This document shows, one piece after another, positions 15,601-20,991 of a DNA stretch of 22,420 bases. Where the stretch lies: IMG/VR virus record IMGVR_UViG_3300009974_000001. One strand, written 5' to 3'. This DNA comes from a virus. The stretch's first letter is position 1. The number at the start of each line of letters is the position of its first letter. Below the pieces are notes generated by a model. That model made no database searches. It worked only from the letters and a program-made list of their open reading frames with translations, and was not told the DNA's origin. Position numbers and translations under genes: made by a program.

Positions 15601-16906
15601 GACAGAAGGAAAGCGTTCTACGCAGCGTCCTCCCAACGGAATCGGGCGTTACAGAGACGAGAAGACCATCTCGCTCTACCGCGATAGAGATCTTCCTGGG
15701 CAGGCTCAATGGAGAGTCTTCGTAGGTACACGAGATGACTTGCGTGTGGACACTATTACCATTGCTCTGGAGAATCCGCGTATTGGTGGAGTGGCAGACA
15801 ACATCTACCGCTTCTACACTGCGGATATCGGTGACCGTATCGTACTGAGTGACTTGCCTCTGCTGCTGAATCCGGATGACATGGAGCTTACTATCGTAGG
15901 TTACAACGAGTTCTTCGATCAGTTCCAGCACAGCATCACATTCAACTGTGCGCCTGGTTCTGCTTTTGCGGTGGCTCAGACTGTGGCAACGTCCACAACT
16001 ACCTCCTCAAAGGCTTCCAGTGGGTCTACAACGACCTCTGAGGCCCTGGACACTACAGAGACTGCCATTGATGTTTCTGTGGCGTCAGGGAGCGCCCTGT
16101 GGTCTCAGACAGCCTCTGATTTCGATATCGTCATCGGAGGAGAGCGTATGACTGTGACGTCTCTGAGTTACGTATCAGATACATTCAGCCGTACCTCTGT
16201 GGATAGCTGGGGTTCTGCTGACACCGGACAGTCCTGGACCAATACCGGAGGAGCAGCGTCTGAGTACGATGTGGGCTCTGGCGTAGGTACGCACAACCAC
16301 ACAAGCGTCAATGTATCTCGTCAGTCCACAGTGGCGACTCCTTACAACAATGCCAATTTCGACGTTACTGTTACAGTATCGACGGATAAGCTAGCTGTAG
16401 GAGGAAGTCAGTTCGTTTATGCGGTTGGAAGATGGCAGGACACCAACAACATGTACTATGCCCGTCTGGAGTTCGCTACTACTGCTGTGGTTACTCTTAC
16501 ACTGCGTAAGAGAGTTGCGGGAGTGGATGGTGTACTGGGCACATTCGTACTGGACGAGACACATGCAGCCGGTCGTCAGTTCAACATCCGTATCCAGGGA
16601 ATCGGAACATCCATCAAGGCAAGAGCGTGGAGAACCGGATATGCTGAGCCGGATTACTGGCAGACATCTGCTACAGATTCGGATATCACGGCGTCTGGTC
16701 AGGTAGGAGTCCGTGGAGTTCTTTCTTCTGCGGCTTCCAACACACCTGTCCTGATTTCATGGGACAACTTCAAGACGAATGCGTTGACCAACCAGACGTT
16801 CAATGTCACTCGTAGCGTCAATGGTGTGGTGAAGAGCCACGCCACTGGAGCTGACGTAACTTTGTTCAAGCCCGCTTATGCGGCACTAGGCGAAACAGCA
16901 TCTTAG
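12638..16906 (+). CDS. Giant tail-tip protein (1422 aa): extra N-terminal domain, Dit-like domain, two LamG/ConA-like insertions, Tal-like minor-tail region and a C-terminal binding-type domain
   Basis: SD aaggaga. The Dit-like segment is ELEINGTWTDVTDDVRYENGISITRGTSSQGG...LTFSNADGKYSVLNP. The LamG-like segment is ALRVTLDVNNGSSGHTVTFYTSSTLDGSWTQLG. The Tal-like segment is RVDTITIALENPRI...DRIVLSDLP. Domain names are from recall. Confidence 0.75.
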   Translation: MVAVVASSVATSTNNTDATSVTVTKPAGTASGHLMIAVTHGYTADTFTPPTGWTFLELEDDATNLRSRAYMKVAGSSEPANYTFTFQPGPGGGTIGASIVTFSGHGGLDSYNVFAPGTSDPDDSTIFPLAPTRDGIGYAVYTWRDTTSDTVTWTGATELFDATAGDAGLTQYRGQSGAWETSTAGTTASWSVNPTNSITHAVRWQFFIADAVPANESWASTGTAVELEINGTWTDVTDDVRYENGISITRGTSSQGGQVNPSTAVLTFSNADGKYSVLNPTSEFYPYLNLTVPCRISKAYGTVAAEFLGFYDVVADPAKGVDRFRTPSTDSLNITGDIDIRVDVEPETWKMTQVLAAKHGVLNFAGPGSTVSGWVFYLDSIGTPNLLWVDSSGATTLNAAATACVGTEMRQALRVTLDVNNGSSGHTVTFYTSSTLDGSWTQLGSAVVVSGTTSINANTMALTVGAVEPLIDGTDFTYYNNNVPLPLTNTVLDAVQSFTPPVFRPFRGRIYGMELKSGIAGTTVAKPTFDTQTTGTKSLTDAQGNLWTAYGYVVCHNRKYRHHGEITVWPQPRDITGSDAWVEVESTGVLNREQQGTPEEKSALYKSYTSPSGSTDLLPDAYGNYALRGPYYPVAYWPMEDNALPGADTDAPAQELSWSAIVRNFRTGRTQEPQPGTVTGTVEFGSDNTFFASKSAAKFTTGSMIRFPVLNAESGAWLAEFIIYAPDGITNGSRIAEVRQTGADRIVRLTYSATDTLVLTVHDASGTQIATSGSMSAAINRRHNRLSIFADGVGGYNLLYENQSDRVATSLGSAIGTTTGRIYEVRLNANQTMNGVYLAHLAVFDGEDATTYPYGSGKISSLSQASDLDAWRREPAARRAERLTWEQELINYNIGDGGPWMGQQTTNSYVSSMQEVQAVDMGYLYEPRQVLGLGYRTRTSMYNPPPVLELSYESNDLSGTFSPVRDNRGSVNDITVEKEFGAKGRYELTEGKRSTQRPPNGIGRYRDEKTISLYRDRDLPGQAQWRVFVGTRDDLRVDTITIALENPRIGGVADNIYRFYTADIGDRIVLSDLPLLLNPDDMELTIVGYNEFFDQFQHSITFNCAPGSAFAVAQTVATSTTTSSKASSGSTTTSEALDTTETAIDVSVASGSALWSQTASDFDIVIGGERMTVTSLSYVSDTFSRTSVDSWGSADTGQSWTNTGGAASEYDVGSGVGTHNHTSVNVSRQSTVATPYNNANFDVTVTVSTDKLAVGGSQFVYAVGRWQDTNNMYYARLEFATTAVVTLTLRKRVAGVDGVLGTFVLDETHAAGRQFNIRIQGIGTSIKARAWRTGYAEPDYWQTSATDSDITASGQVGVRGVLSSAASNTPVLISWDNFKTNALTNQTFNVTRSVNGVVKSHATGADVTLFKPAYAALGETAS

Positions 16907-16916
16907 GAGATCAACA

Positions 16917-17438
16917 ATGGCAGAATATTACCCACGATGGGAAGCAGGTCAGGACATTACGGCTGACCTCCTTAATGCAGGTCTTCCCAGAGTCATCAGA
17001 AAGACCGCTGACACGGTGAAGAACAACACCACTACCGTAGCCGCTGATCCAGAGCTTCAGATTTCTCTGGAAGCCAATGCGGTGTACGTATGGGAAGGGT
17101 GGCTGAAGTATGACGTACGTCCTACTTCTGACATTCAGATTGACTTCAGCGCGCCTTCTGGAGCGCTAGGAGAGTGGGCTGGTATGGGTGCAGGATCTGG
17201 AACTGGTGCATCTACCGCAGCAGGTTACTCCATCCGTACAGAGACCAACGACATCACCCAGCTCCGTACGTACTATGGAACCACGGCGTCCAATCCTATG
17301 GCGCTGTTCCTGTATGGGACTATCCGTATGGGTTCCACCAGTGGGACTTTCTCATTGGACTGGGCTCCAGCAAACGCTGTGGCAGAAGATACCACGGTAT
17401 ATACTGATAGCTGGTTGAAGTTCCAGCGAATCGCATAA
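16917..17438 (+). CDS. Minor tail protein-like (173 aa)
   Basis: SD aggaga. Position and the pattern ITADLLNAGLPRVIRKTADT...LEANAVYVWEGWLKYD resemble actinophage minor tail proteins (recall). Confidence 0.5.
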   Translation: MAEYYPRWEAGQDITADLLNAGLPRVIRKTADTVKNNTTTVAADPELQISLEANAVYVWEGWLKYDVRPTSDIQIDFSAPSGALGEWAGMGAGSGTGASTAAGYSIRTETNDITQLRTYYGTTASNPMALFLYGTIRMGSTSGTFSLDWAPANAVAEDTTVYTDSWLKFQRIA

Positions 17439-17448
17439 GGAGCATAAT

Positions 17449-17703
17449 ATGGCAATCGTAGTACCCTATAGGGAATCGATTCAATACGATGGAACCAATG
17501 GTTCCTACATCATCGGAACCTGGGTAACAGGCGCTACTGATTTCGTATCCGACAATGGCACAACGCTTACGTGGGAAAACGAAGAAAACGCCATTCGTAC
17601 AGTAAATGTAGGTGGCTGGGTAATCAAGCGTTCGGATACGGATGGAGATCCTGAACAGCTTACCAACGCGGAATACCTTGAGCGCTATGTAGAGCTACCG
17701 TAG
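17449..17703 (+). CDS. Hypothetical protein (84 aa), last gene of the tail block
   Basis: SD aaggag lies 6 nt upstream. A terminator follows. Confidence 0.55.
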   Translation: MAIVVPYRESIQYDGTNGSYIIGTWVTGATDFVSDNGTTLTWENEENAIRTVNVGGWVIKRSDTDGDPEQLTNAEYLERYVELP

Positions 17704-17706
17704 GCA

Positions 17707-17748
17707 ACGAAGGACCCCGATCTCCGTAGTGGGAAAGGGGTCCTTCGT
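17707..17748 (+). terminator. Hairpin terminator ending the tail operon
   Basis: acgaaggacccc (17707-17718) pairs with ggggtccttcgt (17737-17748), a 12-bp stem. Confidence 0.65.
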
Positions 17749-17807
17749 CTAATCTGAGACTTAGCGTATAATTTACATGTACTTGCCAATTAGACTGGAA
17801 GGAGTTG

Positions 17808-18023
17808 ATGATGGAAGCAATGGACGATCCTAAGCTCGTAGCATCATTGACCCGTATCGAAACAAAGCTAGATCACTTCAATCAAATCTACGCCACACAC
17901 CTTACTGAGCATGAGGATCATGAAATGCGAATCAGGCTCCTTGAGAAGAAGGTGTGGACTCTTCCCACGGCTGCTACACTACTGGCTATCCTGGCAATGG
18001 TTTTGCCATTCCTACTAGTGTAA
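17808..18023 (+). CDS. Holin-like protein with a single C-terminal TM helix (71 aa)
   Basis: SD ggaaggag. The soluble N-terminus HEDHEMRIRLLEKKVW is followed by TLPTAATLLAILAMVLPFLLV. It resembles small membrane proteins of actinophage lysis cassettes (recall). Confidence 0.55.
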   Translation: MMEAMDDPKLVASLTRIETKLDHFNQIYATHLTEHEDHEMRIRLLEKKVWTLPTAATLLAILAMVLPFLLV

Positions 18024-18032
18024 GGAGAGCGT

Positions 18033-18176
18033 ATGGGATGCCCAAAGGCGTACAAGGACGAACTGTCTGCCAAGATGGCCGCTGGAAAGATCCTGGTACA
18101 GTCACGAGGCAAGCAGGAACCCAAAGCGGTACACTGCCACAGGTGCAAGAAGTGGCATCTTGAGAACGCCAAGTAG
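18033..18176 (+). CDS. 47-aa zinc-ribbon-like protein (GCP...HCHRCKKWHL)
   Basis: Translated by hand: MGCPKAYKDELSAKMAAGKILVQSRGKQEPKAVHCHRCKKWHLENAK. SD aaggaga is upstream. It is below the ORF-track length cutoff. Confidence 0.55.
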   Translation: MGCPKAYKDELSAKMAAGKILVQSRGKQEPKAVHCHRCKKWHLENAK

Positions 18177-18274
18177 ATGTGTTACTATCGTAGCTACTGG
18201 ACGCGGGGTTGACATGGATTCCCCGCCACCGGACAACAGAACTGCGGACATAGGACACCCGCACTCTACAAGAC

Positions 18275-18306
18275 GAAGACCCCTCGCCATAAGGTAAGGG
18301 GTCTTC
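18275..18306. terminator. Bidirectional terminator between the convergent + and - gene sets
   Basis: gaagacccct (18275-18284) pairs with aggggtcttc (18297-18306), followed by ttcgttc. Confidence 0.75.
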
Positions 18307-18312
18307 TTCGTT

Positions 18313-18594
18313 CTAGCTGTTCAGTTCATTCAGTGAGCGGTCGATAAAATTTGCGAGCTGCTTACCTACTTCATCCTTCTGAGGCTCTGTAAGCCCCGTA
18401 CAGGCTTCGTTGGTATCTCCGATAGGCTCGGTACCCGTGTAGGTGGGAAAGTCCCTTACAACGGCGTATACGCATTCCTGGACGGGGTCTGGAGTCTCGC
18501 TTGTCATACCAAGAGTACCGAGGCAAGCCAAGGCACCGAGTACTCCAGATACAACAGCCACCGCAAAGGGGTTGGGACGGTTCATAGCGTTCAT
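18313..18594 (-). CDS. Secreted or lipoprotein-like small protein (93 aa from the internal ATG)
   Basis: AGGAG lies 8 nt upstream of ATG 18594. The signal-like N-terminus is MNAMNRPNPFAVAVVSGVLGALAC. The track start at 18663 would overlap the upstream microprotein gene. Confidence 0.55.
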   Translation of the reverse strand: MNAMNRPNPFAVAVVSGVLGALACLGTLGMTSETPDPVQECVYAVVRDFPTYTGTEPIGDTNEACTGLTEPQKDEVGKQLANFIDRSLNELNS

Positions 18595-18637
18595 TATAAG
18601 ATCTCCTACTTTCGTTTCGTTGATGTTGAAGAGTACT

Positions 18638-18793
18638 CTACTCTTCTTCCTGAGATCTGTCAAGAGGAGATCTTAGGCTCTCTCGTTCCAACTGTAGCTT
18701 CTGGATTTCGGCCCTGATCTCCAACTGATTATTGATGGAGCTAGGATGTCTTGCCTTACACAGCAACATCTGGATTCTTTCAGTGATATCCAT
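18638..18793 (-). CDS. 51-aa microprotein, helical and charged
   Basis: Hand translation: MDITERIQMLLCKARHPSSINNQLEIRAEIQKLQLERESLRSPLDRSQEEE. Its start overlaps the upstream stop (TAAGATG). Confidence 0.4.
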   Translation of the reverse strand: MDITERIQMLLCKARHPSSINNQLEIRAEIQKLQLERESLRSPLDRSQEEE

Positions 18794-18794
18794 C

Positions 18795-18950
18795 TTATAC
18801 ACATCCTCTACAGTGAGTTCCTGATCTCTTCCATTGTCCAGACTTGATCTTAGGACAATGGGTGTTGCAGTGATAATACTTGCGGTACCAGTAACAACCG
18901 CATGGAAGAGTGGTAGCTGGTGCCTTGTCGATCTTATCGTTAATGTCCAT
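18795..18950 (-). CDS. 51-aa Cys/His-rich microprotein
   Basis: Hand translation: MDINDKIDKAPATTLPCGCYWYRKYYHCNTHCPKIKSGQWKRSGTHCRGCV. SD GGAGAG is upstream. Confidence 0.45.
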   Translation of the reverse strand: MDINDKIDKAPATTLPCGCYWYRKYYHCNTHCPKIKSGQWKRSGTHCRGCV

Positions 18951-18952
18951 GG

Positions 18953-19084
18953 TTACTCTCCAGAAAAGATACGGTTATCGATGTCCTGGTCAAGATCATA
19001 TCCAAAGAGATGAGAATCGATATCGTCCCAGGTCTCGTTGTCATCATTGATCAGGAGGCTGTGGTAGAATTGAATCGAAGTCAT
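18953..19084 (-). CDS. 43-aa highly acidic microprotein
   Basis: Hand translation: MTSIQFYHSLLINDDNETWDDIDSHLFGYDLDQDIDNRIFSGE. SD AAGGAAA is upstream. Confidence 0.45.
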   Translation of the reverse strand: MTSIQFYHSLLINDDNETWDDIDSHLFGYDLDQDIDNRIFSGE

Positions 19085-19118
19085 AGTTTAGTTTCCTTAG
19101 CTGAATAGTAGTCTGTGT

Positions 19119-19150
19119 AAGAGGTCCCTAGTTCCCGCTAGGGACCTCTT
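19119..19150 (+). terminator. Hairpin whose U-tract lies on the + strand (tttgcgttt), inside the - strand operon
   Basis: gaggtcccta (19121-19130) pairs with tagggacctc (19139-19148), plus two A-T pairs. The - strand side is followed only by UUACACAG. Confidence 0.55.
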
Positions 19151-19155
19151 TGCGT

Positions 19156-19338
19156 TTAAAGCTCTACAGTGATGTTCGCTGTTTCCAGTTCCTTCAGAGA
19201 GTCGTACTGACTGAAGTAGTTCTCCAGAGCCATACGGATAAGATATCCTTCCGAACGGTCCAGATCACTTGATACTTCTTTCAGCTTGATACTCATCTCA
19301 GGATCAATGAGAAATGTCTTGGATACTGTGTAAGCCAT
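19156..19338 (-). CDS. Ribbon-helix-helix (CopG/Arc/MetJ-type) DNA-binding protein (60 aa)
   Basis: Beta-strand then two helices: KTFLIDPEMSIKLKEVSSDLDRSEGYLIRMALENYF. SD AAGGAG lies 5 nt upstream. Confidence 0.7.
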   Translation of the reverse strand: MAYTVSKTFLIDPEMSIKLKEVSSDLDRSEGYLIRMALENYFSQYDSLKELETANITVEL

Positions 19339-19415
19339 CTTATCTCCTTATTTTGCTTGGCAAAAGCTTGGTAGTTAGTTATCTTATGAGATAGGTTTCT
19401 CTCTGTGTTAATACT

Positions 19416-19444
19416 AGTATAGCAGAGGAGATAAGATGTGTCAA
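19416..19444 (-). promoter_or_regulatory. Near-consensus sigma70-type promoter for the RHH operon: TTGACA, 17 nt, TATACT, with TGC as an extended -10
   Basis: The reverse complement of 19416-19444 reads ttgacaCATCTTATCTCCTCTGCtatact. Confidence 0.7.
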
Positions 19445-19449
19445 GCGAA

Positions 19450-19476
19450 GAACCTCACTTAGAAGGTGTGAGGTTC
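19450..19476 (-). terminator. Terminator after the rep-like gene
   Basis: gaacctcac (19450-19458) pairs with gtgaggttc (19468-19476). The - strand RNA continues UUCGCUU. Confidence 0.6.
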
Positions 19477-19491
19477 GTCACATAAGATCTT

Positions 19492-20640
19492 CTAGTAAGC
19501 GTGTGCTTGTACACGTAGTGCTGAGTACTTGGCCAAACGCTCTGATGACTGCGGAGATAGAGTAGGTGTTGTAGATGAGTTGGTGGTCTCAGATTCTGTA
19601 GAAGGGGAGTCACCGTACTTGGCTTCCCAGACCTTCATATCCTGTCTCCACTTACCCATGGCCTTGTTGAACGCTACCTCTGCGTTGTGAACTCTTCTCT
19701 CATGAGCAAAGTCATCGTGGTAAGGGTTACGGTTAGGAACCTCGTAGACAGGCTTCTGAGGCTTCTCTGGTACTGTCTGGACCTTCGCCCCAGGTTCTGC
19801 GCCAGAGGCGCTTAGAGGGGCGTCTACGACCTTTACAGGCTCCTTCTTACGCGGAGCGGCAGCTCTGCGAGGAGCCAGGGGATGAGGAGTACGTGTAATG
19901 TCTTTCGTTGTTACTGTTTCGTTATCAACGTCTACGTTCTTCTCACCAGAGGAAATGGTAGAAGGAGCCGCGTTAGCGGTGACTTCGTCTACCAGAGGAG
20001 AAATACCAATCTCTTCAATAACTTCTCTCTTAGTATCACCAGAGGAAACTAGTTCCTTACCAGGGAAGACCAGAGGAGACTTAGTCTCTACCAAGGCTCC
20101 CCCCTGGTTTTCCCCTGGTGAACTACTCATAACGGACATTTCCTTATTATTAGGTGAAATATTTACTGAACTATCTACTGAACTATTAGACCCTTCTACA
20201 GCAGGGGGGTAGTACCCTTCTACAGCAGGGGGGTAGTACCCTTCTACAGCAGGGGGGTTAGCTTCTGATGCAGGGTACTCTAGAGGAGTTGGTGCTGTGA
20301 CCCCTTCTACAGCAGGGGGGTTAGAAGATCTGTACTTCTCGGTGTTGACTTCAGCCTGCGGGAGTGCCATGATGGCTTCTGGAACGAGGAAGTAGCTGTT
20401 TCGCTTTCCTGGATTCTTCTGGACAGTCACCAGCCCTGGCAGGTAGGTATCGACTCCCTTGAAGTTCTTGGCGTTCTTGATTCCTCTGGTCTGGCATAGT
20501 CTTGCCACACCTGGGAAAGCTTCGTTGGTCTCGATGTTGCTTCTCATGATCAGCTCCACGAGAAGGATCTTGTCCTTGGCATCGAGAGTACTGATGTTCA
20601 CGACATTGATCATGTCGAACTTATTGGGCTTGTTGCTCAT
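19492..20640 (-). CDS. Rep-like or replisome-organizer-like protein: N-terminal winged HTH, PPAVEG repeats and a long low-complexity region (382 aa)
   Basis: The N-terminus LDAKDKILLVELIMRSN...EAFPGVARLCQTRGIKNAKNF...LVTVQK resembles HTH domains of plasmid and phage initiators (recall). SD AAGGAAA present. Confidence 0.55.
   Translation of the reverse strand: MSNKPNKFDMINVVNISTLDAKDKILLVELIMRSNIETNEAFPGVARLCQTRGIKNAKNFKGVDTYLPGLVTVQKNPGKRNSYFLVPEAIMALPQAEVNTEKYRSSNPPAVEGVTAPTPLEYPASEANPPAVEGYYPPAVEGYYPPAVEGSNSSVDSSVNISPNNKEMSVMSSSPGENQGGALVETKSPLVFPGKELVSSGDTKREVIEEIGISPLVDEVTANAAPSTISSGEKNVDVDNETVTTKDITRTPHPLAPRRAAAPRKKEPVKVVDAPLSASGAEPGAKVQTVPEKPQKPVYEVPNRNPYHDDFAHERRVHNAEVAFNKAMGKWRQDMKVWEAKYGDSPSTESETTNSSTTPTLSPQSSERLAKYSALRVQAHAY
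20121..20190. other. AT-rich tract inside the rep-like gene (20 G/C in 70 nt by hand count), candidate DNA-unwinding element
   Basis: aactactcataacggacatttccttattattaggtgaaatatttactgaactatctactgaactattaga. It includes tactgaactat twice (20164-20174 and 20176-20186). Confidence 0.4.
20191..20321. repeat. Four copies of the 20-bp repeat cccttctacagcaggggggt (three in tandem at 24-bp period, one 44 bp further on), iteron-like
   Basis: Copies are at 20191-20210, 20215-20234, 20239-20258 and 20302-20321. They encode the (Y)YPPAVEG / NPPAVEG peptide repeats on the - strand. Confidence 0.9.
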
Positions 20641-20648
20641 GGTATAAT
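20640..20648 (+). promoter_or_regulatory. Perfect extended -10 promoter TGGTATAAT on the + strand, antisense to the rep start region
   Basis: catGGTATAATttcctt: the TG overlaps the rep start codon complement, and the hexamer is at 20643-20648. Confidence 0.45.
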
Positions 20649-20654
20649 TTCCTT

Positions 20655-20697
20655 ATAGTAGTGGTGAAGGCGGTCTTCCTGGCGGGGGCCGCTTTTT
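20655..20697 (+). ncRNA. Candidate countertranscript of about 43 nt, complementary to the wHTH-rep intercistronic leader
   Basis: The predicted TSS is about 7 nt after the hexamer (A at 20655). The hairpin spans 20667-20695, with core pairs 20670-20678 to 20684-20692. It includes G-U pairs that exist only in the + strand RNA, and its 3' arm runs into the T-run at 20693-20697. Confidence 0.4.
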
Positions 20698-20920
20698 ACT
20701 TTTCCAGGGTCTCGTAGTTGAATCTCTTGGTCTGGGGAACCTCAGTAACAGTCACCCATCCATTCTTCTTCAGTACCTTTACATACGCGTTGATGGACTG
20801 CGTCGTAGTGTGCAGCTCATGTGCCAGAACGGCCTGTGAGTGGATTCCTGGATTCTCCTTCAGGTAGAAGTAGAGAACCTTTGCCCCGGGCTGGATCTTG
20901 GCGTTGTAGATGGTTTCCAT
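20696..20920 (-). CDS. Small winged-HTH transcriptional regulator (74 aa from ATG 20920)
   Basis: LYFYLKENPGIHSQAVLAHELHTTTQSINAYVKVLKKNGWVTV. SD GGAGA lies 5 nt upstream of ATG 20920. Confidence 0.65.
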   Translation of the reverse strand: METIYNAKIQPGAKVLYFYLKENPGIHSQAVLAHELHTTTQSINAYVKVLKKNGWVTVTEVPQTKRFNYETLEK

Positions 20921-20958
20921 GGTTATCTCCATTGGTAGTTTTTCTCGCTTACATTAAT

Positions 20959-20967
20959 AGTATAGCA
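20959..20967 (-). promoter_or_regulatory. Extended -10 TGCTATACT for the wHTH-rep operon
   Basis: The reverse complement of agtatagca is the same 9-mer as in the RHH promoter. It lies about 32 nt upstream of ATG 20920. Confidence 0.5.
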
Positions 20968-20991
20968 CAGACTACTATCGTAAGTTTTGAT

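Noticed and set aside
13208-15931. Antisense ORFs of 168 aa (13208-13714) and 242 aa (15203-15931) opposite the tail-tip gene
   Set aside because: They are embedded in a 4.3-kb continuous sense ORF with recognisable domains. They are antisense frames free of stops by composition, with no RBS.
17174-17418. All three forward frames open simultaneously for about 220 nt
   Set aside because: Only the 16917-17438 frame extends through the whole gene and has an SD. The other two look like compositional accidents (G/C at codon position 3, few T-A-rich triplets).
18203-18226. GC hairpin gcgggg-N12-ccccgc followed by cacc, considered as a tRNA fragment or attP core
   Set aside because: There is no cloverleaf, the loop is 12 nt rather than a 7-nt T-loop, and the genome has no integrase. 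It is left as an unexplained hairpin in a 100-nt non-coding stretch.
20191-20321. Short regularly spaced repeats as a possible CRISPR array
   Set aside because: There are three directly adjacent 24-bp units without spacers, plus one distant copy. All are in-frame inside a coding sequence, with no cas genes.
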